Origin: an uncultured virus (IMG/VR IMGVR_UViG_3300035185_000031)
Taxonomy: Duplodnaviria; Heunggongvirae; Uroviricota; Caudoviricetes
Reading direction: 5' to 3' (one strand)
Length of the DNA: 62,987 nucleotides
IMG/VR virus record: IMGVR_UViG_3300035185_000031
The position numbers and the translations under genes were made by a program. Under the pieces are notes generated by a model, which did not search any database, was not told the origin of the DNA, and saw only the letters and a program-made list of their open reading frames with translations. Shown in pieces: positions 1 through 8,959 of the stretch (positions are counted from its first letter, which is position 1; each line of letters starts with the position of its first letter).

Positions 1-440
1 CGTTGAGGCACCGCCTCCACGAGAGCCTGTAGCTGCCTCCTGGTGAGCTTTTTGACCGAGCCCTTGTCGTCTCCCTTGTACAGGCTGTCCAAGCCCACAG
101 AGACCGAGTGTGCTTCAGGCAACCCCCAACCGTACTTGCGGTTGAGCCCGAGCACCGTGGCAATAGTCCTCACCTCATGCATGTTTGCTGTACGTACCGT
201 GAGGTTCCATAAGGCCTGTTCGATCTCCGTACCGAACATCTCGAAGTCCTGGAAGCGGTTCTCTTGCTTCCGAGGAATGCGCTTCCAACCGAGGACGGCC
301 CCGTGACCGATCTCGTGCATGTACGCTTCGAGACGCAACTTCCAGTGCCGCGGCGGCAACCCCGCCCCAGAAGGAATCGAGACAGAACCCTTGAAGGCTC
401 GGTCTAGAATCTCGACCAGTTCGCGACCGTCCGTAACCAT
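1..440 (-). CDS. Partial hypothetical protein with HExxH zinc-metalloprotease motif (runs off window)
   Basis: Manual translation MVTDGRELVEILDRAF...EAYMHEIGHGAVLG...MHEVRTIA; ATG overlaps the upstream TGA (TGATG); frame open to the window edge. Confidence 0.6.
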   Translation of the reverse strand, partial: MVTDGRELVEILDRAFKGSVSIPSGAGLPPRHWKLRLEAYMHEIGHGAVLGWKRIPRKQENRFQDFEMFGTEIEQALWNLTVRTANMHEVRTIATVLGLNRKYGWGLPEAHSVSVGLDSLYKGDDKGSVKKLTRRQLQALVEAVPQ

Positions 441-916
441 CACCCTTGTCCTTTAATGATCTTCTGCACGATCTGACGAAGACTGCGGCGCTGCTTCCAC
501 GTGAAGCCCTTGTACTTCTCGAAGACGATCGGAGCTTCGCATGCGAGCTTGAACTCCCAATCCGTGAGATGCGCCTTGACGGACATAGGCTCCGCAACGA
601 AGCGAGCGAACGCTTCGGCGATGCTCTTGTCCGTTTCGATGATCCGGAGCACAGCAGCATCTTCGCTTTCGTCCTCCTCAGAACCCGTGCGCGCGACAAA
701 CATCTTGCACTGCTCGTTGCCCACACCGTTCTTCGCACGAGGGATCAGTATGTTGAGGATGCGCTCCGCGTTCGAACCCTTGCCGCACTCCTTGTAGGCG
801 TACATCGCGTGAACGAAGATCACAGGACACTCCAAGTCCTCCCCGCCGTGGATGCACCGAGAGCAGTAGCGTTCCTCGTATGCCGAACCTTCATCGTTGT
901 TACTGAAGTAGCCCAT
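440..916 (-). CDS. Hypothetical protein with Cys cluster (YCSRC..C..H..C)
   Basis: Start refined to MGYFSNN (ATG 916), directly after the macrodomain stop. Confidence 0.7.
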   Translation of the reverse strand: MGYFSNNDEGSAYEERYCSRCIHGGEDLECPVIFVHAMYAYKECGKGSNAERILNILIPRAKNGVGNEQCKMFVARTGSEEDESEDAAVLRIIETDKSIAEAFARFVAEPMSVKAHLTDWEFKLACEAPIVFEKYKGFTWKQRRSLRQIVQKIIKGQG

Positions 917-917
917 G

Positions 918-1433
918 TCAGAAGCTCGCCTCCTTCGTAGGCAAGTCGTAAACGAAGACGTCCAAGCCCCCGCTAAGTAGCTCCGCGTTGATGAGCTTCT
1001 CGATCTCTTCCCACTGCCCTCCCGCGAGTCCCGCACCCATCCGAGGCATGTGGACGCTCGCACTCCGCAGCGTTGCGAAACCCCGTAGCTTGGCGAACCC
1101 CTGCCGAATCGCTTCGTATCGAATGGGAGGCCCCTCTCCCGCAGGGGTGCGATCGATCACTCCATGCTGCCCGATGATGTTGACCACCCACAGGTGCGGT
1201 TCGACCTGAACGAACTGGATCTCTCCCAAACCCATGAGACCCGTCGCGGAGTAGGAAGGATCGTCCAACCCCTCACACCAGCGGTGGTAGGCGAACTTCG
1301 CACTCGGGTAGAGCCGACCGAGAGGCACGACGAAGCCCGATCCCCAACGCCCGAGGTCGTTGCAACAATGGGTGATGATCTTCTCACCACCACCCACGGG
1401 CCGCGTCGCGTCGCCTACCAAGTACTTGAGCAC
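918..1433 (-). CDS. Macrodomain ADP-ribose hydrolase (TARG1/DarG/ALC1-like class)
   Basis: YLVGDAT, HCCNDLGRWGSGF, N-x-x-GQ, IRYEAI, HMPRMGAGLAGGQW motifs. Confidence 0.9.
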   Translation of the reverse strand: MLKYLVGDATRPVGGGEKIITHCCNDLGRWGSGFVVPLGRLYPSAKFAYHRWCEGLDDPSYSATGLMGLGEIQFVQVEPHLWVVNIIGQHGVIDRTPAGEGPPIRYEAIRQGFAKLRGFATLRSASVHMPRMGAGLAGGQWEEIEKLINAELLSGGLDVFVYDLPTKEASF

Positions 1434-1436
1434 GTC

Positions 1437-2069
1437 TCAGTCCCAGTACTTCGAGTGGTCCTTCCACTCGGGATAGCCCTGATCCACGAGCCACTTCTCA
1501 CAGACAGCCGCCGCTTCCTTCTCGATCGCGTCGCACTCCGACCACTGCTCGCGAGTGCGCTCCTTCTGCTTGCCTGGAAGCTCGCGGGTGACGGAGAAGA
1601 TCGGCTCCTCGCAGTCACGTACCTCCAACACGTAGGTGTTGTCGTTGCCCTCGATGTACTTCCGCTGAATGTTGAAGCGGCCCACCGTACCCATGAACGC
1701 GCTCTGATCGTAGAACGCCGCCTTGTAGAACATTGTGGCGCGAGTACGCCCCTTCTCGTCTACGAGCTTGGACCACATGTCGTGATCCGTACCGACCTTC
1801 TTCCAACCCGCGGGAAGCGTTGCGTCGATGAAGAGCGGCTTCCCCGCATTCCGCATGTCATTCCCGTTCGTCTCTCCCCCGACCACCACACCAGCAGCCG
1901 CCAAAGCCGGGTCATCGCTGCCTTGAAAAGGCAATTGGGTGCTGTTCACCAACTCGACCTGACCTCGCGCCTCTGATGCCTCGATGCCTCGGCCTCCGGG
2001 AATAGCCGCCTGGAAGAGGTTTGCCTTGGGATCGGTGCCAAAGTCACGTACTCGTCGATGCTGCGACAT
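1437..2069 (-). CDS. Phage hypothetical protein
   Basis: 210-aa ORF with AAAGGA RBS and an upstream promoter; LPAGWKK..TDH.MWS.LVDEKGR.RA..FYKAAFYD. Confidence 0.75.
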   Translation of the reverse strand: MSQHRRVRDFGTDPKANLFQAAIPGGRGIEASEARGQVELVNSTQLPFQGSDDPALAAAGVVVGGETNGNDMRNAGKPLFIDATLPAGWKKVGTDHDMWSKLVDEKGRTRATMFYKAAFYDQSAFMGTVGRFNIQRKYIEGNDNTYVLEVRDCEEPIFSVTRELPGKQKERTREQWSECDAIEKEAAAVCEKWLVDQGYPEWKDHSKYWD

Positions 2070-2100
2070 TCGAAATCCTTTTCTCGTTCATAAAGTCGTT

Positions 2101-2129
2101 GCTATACCTCTAAGAGAACGGATAGTCAA
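2101..2129 (-). promoter_or_regulatory. sigma70-like promoter
   Basis: TTGACT-17bp-TATAGC; the spacer starts with AT, as in the other copies. Confidence 0.65.
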
Positions 2130-2305
2130 GCGTCCTTCAGCACCGCTTCGAGCCGATGCTGCCTGACCAAGTTGTCGTGCAACTTCTTCTGGAGCGCTTC
2201 CTCTTCGCGTTTCAATGCAGCAAGGTTGCGCTCCATGCGTTCCCTCTCTGAGGACTTGCTCTTGGATGATGCCTGGGGATTCAAACAGACGGGGCAGCGG
2301 GACAT
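2126..2305 (-). CDS. Small CxxC + coiled-coil protein
   Basis: MSRCPVCL...coiled coil; start refined. Confidence 0.5.
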   Translation of the reverse strand: MSRCPVCLNPQASSKSKSSERERMERNLAALKREEEALQKKLHDNLVRQHRLEAVLKDA

Positions 2306-2309
2306 GACA

Positions 2310-3533
2310 TCACCTCGTACCGCACGAGCCTCCGATGCAAAAGTACCCACTAGTACAGACCGCGCCCGGACAACAGGGACCATTGGGATTGCCGCAAGAG
2401 ATACACACGCCGTTGACACAGGCGCTCAGCGAACTCTTGCACTGGGATCCCGTAGCGCAGCATGCTTCGTTGAGTCCCCCGCACGACGGCGGGGCCTCGC
2501 ACGTCCCGCTCTGACAGAACAGTCCCGTGTTGCAGTAGCTGCCAGAGCAGCACACCTCACCACTGTTGCCACAAGGCGCCTTGCATCGATCGTTGACACA
2601 ACTCAGGCCGCTGTCACACGTGTCTCCGACGCAGCACAGCTCGGCGATGCCTCCGCATGGGATGCATCCGTAACTTCCTCCTATCTGCGCTTTGCACACG
2701 CCTTTGCCCGTGGAACTGATGCTCGTGCAAGCCACATCGATCTTGCCCTGGTTCGAGCAGAGGGTTCCTCCAACGCATGCATCGTCGGTGCACTCGTTGA
2801 AGTCCTCGCAGTCCTCGCACGCAAGCCCCCCATACCCGCACGCTCGCAACGAGGTTCCTGGCTCGCACGATGTGCCGTTCACGACCCCGCCCTCCGTACA
2901 GCCGCTACAGCATCGATCTTGGAAGCACTTGCCCAGCTTGTCGGTCTGGAGCCAACCGTCGTTCTCCGCAGAATCCCGGCACTGGTTGTTGAACTGGTCC
3001 TGGACGCAGTTCGGTGCCTGACCTCCGGAGCCCCCAAGACCTCCGGACCCGCCGCCTCCGGTTCCGGCTACACCCCCGGTACCCCCAGAAGCCCCAGAAG
3101 CCCCAAGCCCTCCAGAACCAGCAGACCCTCCCAGACCCCCAGCACCCGCGCCAGAGTCCCCTCCAGAGCCCCCAGAACCGCCCGAGAGCGCTCCTGCGGA
3201 ACCAGACGACCCTCCGCCTCCGAAGCTTCCAAAGCCGCCTAGGGAGCCGTCTACAGCCCCATCCGAAGAGGAACCATCCACAACCGTAGCATCCCAAAAG
3301 ACCGGGGCATCAGCGCCTGCATCGAGGGGCTCCGCGAGGGCTCCGGCCGAACCCCCTGTTCCGGCCCCTGAGATGCCTCCAGAGCCACTTTCTCCTTGAG
3401 CCCCACCGCTGACTCCCGGGGAGCCCCCAAAGGAACTGTCGGGAGCTGAGAGGTCAGAAAATGGGCTCGGTTGGTCGGCGCTTCCGCAAGCCCCGAGGAA
3501 CAGCAGCCCCAACAAAAGGATCAGCGTCTGCAT
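2310..3533 (-). CDS. Myxobacterial-style lipoprotein: Gly/Ser linker plus Cys-rich repeats
   Basis: Lipobox LFLGA-C; DAGADA/DGAVDG and long GGSGG tract; CEDFNECTDDAC and repeated CGG..E.CC....C..GL.C..G.C units. Confidence 0.85.
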   Translation of the reverse strand: MQTLILLLGLLFLGACGSADQPSPFSDLSAPDSSFGGSPGVSGGAQGESGSGGISGAGTGGSAGALAEPLDAGADAPVFWDATVVDGSSSDGAVDGSLGGFGSFGGGGSSGSAGALSGGSGGSGGDSGAGAGGLGGSAGSGGLGASGASGGTGGVAGTGGGGSGGLGGSGGQAPNCVQDQFNNQCRDSAENDGWLQTDKLGKCFQDRCCSGCTEGGVVNGTSCEPGTSLRACGYGGLACEDCEDFNECTDDACVGGTLCSNQGKIDVACTSISSTGKGVCKAQIGGSYGCIPCGGIAELCCVGDTCDSGLSCVNDRCKAPCGNSGEVCCSGSYCNTGLFCQSGTCEAPPSCGGLNEACCATGSQCKSSLSACVNGVCISCGNPNGPCCPGAVCTSGYFCIGGSCGTR

Positions 3534-3706
3534 TTGCCCATCTCCGTGTTCAGCTTCTTGAGCTGTGTGGCGATCTCTTCCAACGCCCTCGTCTGCCGCG
3601 AAGCGAAACTCGACGGAGGCGGGTTGGGGGCCGCCTGTACTTCCGCGGTCTGGTGAAAAGCCCAAACCGCAAGGACCCCCAGAACCAACAAGGTTCGATC
3701 TTTCAT
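3521..3706 (-). CDS. Small secreted/membrane protein
   Basis: Signal-peptide-like N terminus, coiled C terminus, coupled to its neighbours. Confidence 0.6.
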   Translation of the reverse strand: MKDRTLLVLGVLAVWAFHQTAEVQAAPNPPPSSFASRQTRALEEIATQLKKLNTEMGKCRR

Positions 3707-4359
3707 GATGCCTTCCTTCCTGAGCGAGTGAGGACCTCCACGACATGTGCTGCTTCATCCTCGGTCATGTCGACCAGCTCACAACCCCCTTCTCGGGCAA
3801 CGATGATCGTACCTCGAAGGGGATAAGGAGCCACGGAGGACAGCACTATGTTCTCGGAGTAGTTCGCAGGGAGCGCGTTCCCCATTTCAGACACCACGAC
3901 TCGGTACTGATCGCCAAAGCGATACATCTCGATGGGACCGTCAACCAGGGCTTGGAGGTTCGCAAGCGTTCGAAACGTATGGATGACCTCCGGATCCTTT
4001 CCCGGGGCCTTACGCACCACCCGAATGCACTTCTTCTTGATCAGATGGAGCAGGGTGTCTCCGTTGGGAACTGGGAACCAGAGTAGGTCCTCGTCACAAG
4101 CTAGTAGATGAGCCCCCACACCCACACAGTCTCCGGGGCCGAGCTTCCGAAGCCCCAAGCGCTCGTGCATACCACCGTGCACATTGAAGGCGGCCAACAC
4201 CTGAGCGCCGTAGAAGGGTGGGGTGAGCCCTCCCGAGTCCTCCTCGGAGAAGACGACGTCGTATAGATCTGGGTCGACGAACGTTCTCCCCGAGGAAGCA
4301 AGAGCGCGCTGCTCTTCGGTCATAGCATCGTGGTTTGCATAAATCACGTAGGTCTGCAT
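3703..4359 (-). CDS. YodL-like N-domain fused to DUF3846-like C-domain
   Basis: FN...R.L..GD.V in the N half; PGK.PEV....TL.NLQALVDG.IE...GTII in the C half. Confidence 0.6.
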   Translation of the reverse strand: MQTYVIYANHDAMTEEQRALASSGRTFVDPDLYDVVFSEEDSGGLTPPFYGAQVLAAFNVHGGMHERLGLRKLGPGDCVGVGAHLLACDEDLLWFPVPNGDTLLHLIKKKCIRVVRKAPGKDPEVIHTFRTLANLQALVDGPIEMYRFGDQYRVVVSEMGNALPANYSENIVLSSVAPYPLRGTIIVAREGGCELVDMTEDEAAHVVEVLTRSGRKAS

Positions 4360-4404
4360 GTTTCAACCTTACCAGTCAGAAAGAGGATGGCCAAAAAACC
4401 GGCG

Positions 4405-5370
4405 CTACTTCTTCTTCCCCTTGCCCTTGTTCTTCGCCTTCCTACCCGTCTTCTTGCTCTTGGGGTTCGGCTTCTTGGGGCTCGGGGGAGGCTCCGATGT
4501 TTCAGGCTCCTTGGGTTCGGATAGGTCCACCAGGGGCACCAAACCTCCGGTGGTATCGATCCAGGACGAACGTCCGTCCGTGGGAAGCTCGGCCGCCTTG
4601 GAGGGCAAGAGGGACTCTCCATCGTCCAGACCTTCGGTGCGGAAGTGAGCAAGCACGTCTTCGATCGAATCGAACTCCATGGGAGCGTCAGATGCCGCTT
4701 CCTCCTCGATGGCCCTTCGTTCCTCGTCTTCGTCGTCGGGATCGGCGTCGTCGCTTGTGTGCCCCTCGCCGTCCCTCCAGAAGAAAGGGTCAGCCATCTC
4801 CGGGTGCTCGGCAAGGAACGCTTCTTCCTCCTCGGGATCTAGCTCCGGCTCGTTGCCCCCGCCCATGAAGTGATCCATGAGAGACGGAGGAAGGTCGTAG
4901 CGCGTGTCGCCGAAGGAGAGCTGGCTGCTGCTCCTACCGCCGCTGTAACTCTTGAAGGGACGGGGCTTGTAGGTGCCGTTGAGCTTCCCCTTGTCCTCCG
5001 CCGCACGCATCGTGCTCCACACGTCCATGTAGACGCCCTCACGAACGGAGCCGTCGATCTTCATCACCTCGCTCTTGAAGTTCGTGTACACCAGGTCCAT
5101 GACCATGCGGCGCATCGCATTGGCCAACGCACGCCGAGTGACAAACGCCCGGTAGGGATAGTCCGAGCTTCGGTAGTAGTGACCTCCCTTGCCGTCCTTG
5201 ACTTGGAACTGCTCTCTCGTACTGTCCACGATGGTGAGATCGTGTAGGTACTGCTTCTGGAGTCGCTCCAAATCCTTCTTGGCGCGCGCTCGGACCATGA
5301 GACGACGCCCTTCCTTGTCGTAGCGGTCCGCGACAATGCTAAAGAACCCGATCGTAGTGAATACCCACAT
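4405..5370 (-). CDS. Hypothetical protein with acidic and basic tails
   Basis: MWVFTTIGFFSIV...VRAR...DYPYRA...YTNFK globular domain. Confidence 0.8.
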   Translation of the reverse strand: MWVFTTIGFFSIVADRYDKEGRRLMVRARAKKDLERLQKQYLHDLTIVDSTREQFQVKDGKGGHYYRSSDYPYRAFVTRRALANAMRRMVMDLVYTNFKSEVMKIDGSVREGVYMDVWSTMRAAEDKGKLNGTYKPRPFKSYSGGRSSSQLSFGDTRYDLPPSLMDHFMGGGNEPELDPEEEEAFLAEHPEMADPFFWRDGEGHTSDDADPDDEDEERRAIEEEAASDAPMEFDSIEDVLAHFRTEGLDDGESLLPSKAAELPTDGRSSWIDTTGGLVPLVDLSEPKEPETSEPPPSPKKPNPKSKKTGRKAKNKGKGKKK

Positions 5371-5425
5371 TTCCTTTTCAACCTTTCCGACGTCAGCGGC
5401 TCTGCCGCACGTATGGGAATTGTTT

Positions 5426-5713
5426 TCAGTATACGTTTCTGTTCAAGTCGATGAAGGACACGCAGCGCTCGATGGCGATCACGTCTCCTGAAGTGTAGAG
5501 GGGACCAACGTCTTCGCGATCCGTGATCATGTCGAGCAATCGACTGTTCACCGTCCGCCCCTCGTAGGCACCATCCTTGCGCTGGACTGCCGAAACAATC
5601 AGCTTGGACCACTCGTCCTCGGTCACCTCGTAGGCACCGCCAAGGAAGTACTCTTCCTCGAAGATGATGCGCACGAGAACGACGTTCGGAGGGAGGTCAG
5701 AATCGAAGCTCAC
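5426..5713 (-). CDS. Hypothetical protein
   Basis: GTG start overlapping the upstream stop. Confidence 0.6.
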   Translation of the reverse strand: MSFDSDLPPNVVLVRIIFEEEYFLGGAYEVTEDEWSKLIVSAVQRKDGAYEGRTVNSRLLDMITDREDVGPLYTSGDVIAIERCVSFIDLNRNVY

Positions 5714-6078
5714 GCAGCCACCTTCTGAGCGACCTTGGCCGCTTCCTTGGCGTTGGCGATGGCCGCGAGCTGCCCCGCGTATTTGAGCACCCGAGCACGG
5801 CCCTGCTGAAGGTGCTTGCCTGAGAGGGACTTGCCCTTGAGGCACCACTTCGCGAGATAGGTGCAGTAGTTCGAGTCCGGCTTGTTGAAGCCGACGTTGT
5901 TCGTGTGCTTGGTCACGTGCGATTGCTTCTCGTCCGCAGTCTGGCGAGCGTAGATCGCCACCAGCGCCCGCTCCACGGCCTTGTCGCTCTTCAGAAGAAG
6001 ATCGCGAATGCTCGCAGCGGAGTGCTTGGAGGATTGTCCCTGTTTCTTCGTGGCCTTGGGGCCTTGCTCTTCCTTCAT
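5710..6078 (-). CDS. Phage hypothetical protein
   Basis: AVERALVAIYARQTADE...NNVGFNKPD...KYAGQL; promoter directly upstream. Confidence 0.8.
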   Translation of the reverse strand: MKEEQGPKATKKQGQSSKHSAASIRDLLLKSDKAVERALVAIYARQTADEKQSHVTKHTNNVGFNKPDSNYCTYLAKWCLKGKSLSGKHLQQGRARVLKYAGQLAAIANAKEAAKVAQKVAA

Positions 6079-6084
6079 GCTCTA

Positions 6085-6113
6085 ACCCTATCGCATAGAT
6101 TAGGGATAGTCAA
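6085..6113 (-). promoter_or_regulatory. sigma70-like promoter, probably leaderless transcript
   Basis: TTGACT-17bp-TAGGGT-6bp-ATG. Confidence 0.75.
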
Positions 6114-6136
6114 GAAGAGGAGAGAAAAAAGATCCG

Positions 6137-6205
6137 TTCCCTACCTTCACCTACATTGCACAGAAGGGGTTGTCGCCTGCGGCGGACGGCTAGACCATAG
6201 GGGAA
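6137..6205 (+). promoter_or_regulatory. Predicted three-way-junction 5' leader sequestering the spermidine synthase RBS
   Basis: UUCCCUA pairs with UAGGGGAA (RBS, next to AUG); internal stems CCUUC/GAAGG and GUUGUCGCC/GGCGGACGGC. Confidence 0.4.
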
Positions 6206-7167
6206 TGGCAAGGCATGTGACGGACCCGACGGGGGCCCTTACGGGAGTGGAGACCATCATCGAAATAGGGGACGTCGTTCGCCACGTAGAGCAGACGCCC
6301 TACCAGCATGTGCTCATCGTTGAGACGAAAGCGTTCGGCAAGGCACTCTTCCTGGACCAGGTGTTGAACAGCGCAGCTGTGGACGAGGGCTTGTATCATT
6401 CGGCCTTGGTGCATCCTGGCATGTTTCTACACATGCGTCCCGAGCGAGTGCTCATCGGCGGAGGCGCTGAAGGAGCTACGCTGCGCGAGGTCTTGAAGCA
6501 TTCGGACATCAGACACGTAGCAATGATCGACATAGACGCGCGCGTAGTCGCTGCGTGCAAGGAGCATCTTCCGGAGTGGCATCAGGGCGCCTTCGAGGAT
6601 CCACGGGTGACGGTACTGCACCACGACATTCGAACGGCCTTGGACTACGAGGGCGAGTATCAGTTCGACGTGATCATCCTAGACCTGGGAGACCCTGCTT
6701 CATGCGCCGAGTCGCAACGAGGGTACACGCAGGAGTTCTTCTGGCTCGTCCGAAGGCGCCTAGCAGACGGGGGAGTTTTCGCCATGCAGGCTGGCGAGTT
6801 CATGGGCAAGGAAGGGGACAATTTCCACACGCTCTACGAAACCGTGCGCAGCGTGTTCCCTCACACGATGCCGTATCGAGTCGGCATCAGCAGCTTCATG
6901 AGTACATGGGGCTTCATCGTCGCGAGCGGACAGCCGCTCAACATGCGGGATAACGGAAAACTCCCGGTAGGAATCGAGCATCGCCTCCGTGAATCGAAGA
7001 AGCCCTTCCCCTGGTTCGACGCCCAAGGATTCACGGCAATGACGTGGCTACCCCCGCAACTCCGAGCGATGTACGAGAAGAAGCGTCCGGACCTGATCAA
7101 CAAGGACGACGCTAGGACTTTGCAACACGTCGAAGCTCCGGAGAGCTTGCTAGAGAGCCGCGCATAG
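6205..7167 (+). CDS. speE: Spermidine synthase / polyamine aminopropyltransferase
   Basis: TPYQ, FGKALFLD, DE..YH.ALVHP, VLIGGGAEGATLREVLKH, IDID, FDVIILDLGDP; start refined to ATG 6205. Confidence 0.93.
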   Translation: MARHVTDPTGALTGVETIIEIGDVVRHVEQTPYQHVLIVETKAFGKALFLDQVLNSAAVDEGLYHSALVHPGMFLHMRPERVLIGGGAEGATLREVLKHSDIRHVAMIDIDARVVAACKEHLPEWHQGAFEDPRVTVLHHDIRTALDYEGEYQFDVIILDLGDPASCAESQRGYTQEFFWLVRRRLADGGVFAMQAGEFMGKEGDNFHTLYETVRSVFPHTMPYRVGISSFMSTWGFIVASGQPLNMRDNGKLPVGIEHRLRESKKPFPWFDAQGFTAMTWLPPQLRAMYEKKRPDLINKDDARTLQHVEAPESLLESRA

Positions 7168-7329
7168 GGCGAAAAACGCGATACCGAGGACGATGTAGAA
7201 AAGGAACACAGGGAGCGTGTCGAGGGCTCTCGAACAAGCAGGGCAAGTGTGTTCCACAGGTTCCGCGCCGAAGCGGCTCGTGTCCACATCCCAACGGACC
7301 CCACAACGTTCACAAGTAACCCGAACCAT
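7150..7329 (-). CDS. Zn-ribbon + C-terminal TM peptide (59 aa, not in ORF track)
   Basis: Manual translation MVRVTCERCG...HTCPACS...VFLFYIVLGIAFFALCAAL. Confidence 0.6.
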   Translation of the reverse strand: MVRVTCERCGVRWDVDTSRFGAEPVEHTCPACSRALDTLPVFLFYIVLGIAFFALCAAL

Positions 7330-7608
7330 TCAGCCAACCTTTCGCGGTGTTCGAAGCTCGATGAGAACAGCATCTCGCCGCTCGTTGAAAAACGAGGAGC
7401 AACAACCCGCACCAAAGGCAGGCATGAGGTCAGCCCCGGGGAGATCTTGGATCTCCTCGTACTTCCCACAGCGATAGCGCTCTGTCTTCGTCTCGTTTTG
7501 ATCCCACACCACGAGGAACCGGCAGCCTCCCGTCTCGTCTGGCTCCCCGTATCCGCAGGGCGCCTTCTTGCAGCAGTATCCAGAGCCTACGCAGGGACCT
7601 ATCACCAC
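7330..7608 (-). CDS. Cys-cluster protein (YkgJ-like metal/Fe-S cluster)
   Basis: CxxxGxCCxxxxC...CxFL...CxxY...GCC pattern. Confidence 0.6.
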   Translation of the reverse strand: MVIGPCVGSGYCCKKAPCGYGEPDETGGCRFLVVWDQNETKTERYRCGKYEEIQDLPGADLMPAFGAGCCSSFFNERRDAVLIELRTPRKVG

Positions 7609-8090
7609 AACCTCAGCAGCTTCCTAGCAGCCTTGCGGCAGTCGATGTGAAGCCCGTGGCCCGCGGTCACTCCTCCAGCCCGAGTAACGAAAGAAGCGTC
7701 GCAACCCTCCTTGCCGCAGAACACGCAAGTGATGTTCGGGTCGTCGTCGAGATCGAAAGACTGATGAGCGAAAAACCCGAACATCCGTTCGTAGCGCTCG
7801 CAGACCTCGTGTACCATGTCCCAGAGCGTATTGGCTTGCTCCTCGGGAGGACCGTCTAGAGCTTTCTTCAAACGCTCGATGCACTCCGCCGCTACGTCCT
7901 GCGGAACATAGGTCTCCTTCAAGCGCTCGACCTCTTCGGCCAAGCGGTTGCGGTTGTCCAAGAGAACAGGGAAGGCAGTACGCACGATCCTTCGAACCAC
8001 CTCCGGACCCGGATCGCTGTAGGAACGCAGCGTCTCCCACTCCCGCAGCTCCCGTTCGGAAGGAGGGTCGTGCCGACCGTCCTCCATCAC
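7602..8090 (-). CDS. Hypothetical protein with C-terminal Zn finger
   Basis: CVFC...HIDC. Confidence 0.65.
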   Translation of the reverse strand: MMEDGRHDPPSERELREWETLRSYSDPGPEVVRRIVRTAFPVLLDNRNRLAEEVERLKETYVPQDVAAECIERLKKALDGPPEEQANTLWDMVHEVCERYERMFGFFAHQSFDLDDDPNITCVFCGKEGCDASFVTRAGGVTAGHGLHIDCRKAARKLLRLW

Positions 8091-8272
8091 AAGCCCTCGG
8101 AGATCTCCACGCTGTTCGCCACCATGAAGAGCTGAGCGATCTTACCGCCCGCCGCTTCTGCTGTTCGACGCTCGTGATCCGACAGAGGCGGAGCCCCCGG
8201 GGTGTCGAGCCCCACTTGGAGAACGCGCATGAGGGCCAGGGTTTCGGTTCTATTCAGTATCTGCTTTTCCAC
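8087..8272 (-). CDS. Hypothetical protein
   Basis: Coupled small ORF. Confidence 0.55.
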   Translation of the reverse strand: MEKQILNRTETLALMRVLQVGLDTPGAPPLSDHERRTAEAAGGKIAQLFMVANSVEISEGL

Positions 8273-8528
8273 GGGAGTCCTTTTCGTACTTGTAGTCCAG
8301 GTAGAAGAGGCCGCCGGTCGGCACCTTCATGGGCTCACGTTTGATCTCTCCCATAGGGAGGGGGCTCCAGTCTTGCTCCCAACCCACGGGACCGTCGTCG
8401 TTCGGATCCCACGCGGTCGGGTACCGCATGATCTTGAGCACCTTGCCGTCCCGCCCCTTGTAGGAACCGACGTGGCGCAGGCTTCCAGGAGGAAGCCGGA
8501 CCGGATTGAATTCGAACGGGTTACGCAT
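8250..8528 (-). CDS. Small protein ending in a gp23-like capsid motif
   Basis: IKREPMKVPTGGLFYLDYKY resembles gp23 VQPMxxPTGLIFYLDxxY. Confidence 0.6.
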   Translation of the reverse strand: MRNPFEFNPVRLPPGSLRHVGSYKGRDGKVLKIMRYPTAWDPNDDGPVGWEQDWSPLPMGEIKREPMKVPTGGLFYLDYKYEKDSRGKADTE

Positions 8529-8959
8529 CAGTCCTCTTCCGACCGCTCGTTCGCGTGCTGCTCCGCCTTCGCCCAAATGCGCTCCTCACTCGGGAGAGCG
8601 TCTACCAGCTCACCGAGATTGCAGTGCTCTTCGTGCGTATCGCCCTCAGGTTCACAGAACACACAGATCCCGGTGTCTACGTAGTACCGAATCGCACGCA
8701 GACCGAGTCCGTAAATCGCTCGACGCTTGGTGTCCTCGTCCATCATCAAAGAGTCTTTTTGGATGGGAGCCCATACGAAGTTCCACTCGTGCTCGCAGTG
8801 CATGCACAGCGTGGGTAGCTCGTACAAGTTGTCCCCTACCTGTCGCGCGACCTCCACATCGTACTCCTCGAACGGGGTGTACGTCAGCGCATGGCAGGAA
8901 GGGCATTCCACCTCCACAGGCGCGCCCCATTCTTTGCACAGGTTCAGGTTCGTTCCCAC
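8528..8959 (-). CDS. Zn-binding hypothetical protein
   Basis: CPSC, CMHC, CVFC...H..HC; GTG start after GGAGGAG. Confidence 0.65.
   Translation of the reverse strand: MGTNLNLCKEWGAPVEVECPSCHALTYTPFEEYDVEVARQVGDNLYELPTLCMHCEHEWNFVWAPIQKDSLMMDEDTKRRAIYGLGLRAIRYYVDTGICVFCEPEGDTHEEHCNLGELVDALPSEERIWAKAEQHANERSEED

Noticed and set aside
918..1433. DarTG toxin-antitoxin operon
   Set aside because: No adjacent DarT gene; the ART genes are more than 11 kb away
2172..3242. 356-aa plus-strand ORF
   Set aside because: Antisense shadow of the lipoprotein; no motifs; long shadow ORFs are expected at high GC
3020..3450. Tandem DNA repeats
   Set aside because: Imperfect Gly/Ser-coding low complexity, not an array
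5905..6204. N-terminal extension of speE in the ORF track
   Set aside because: Overlaps the divergent gene and promoter; homology-like sequence starts at ATG 6205
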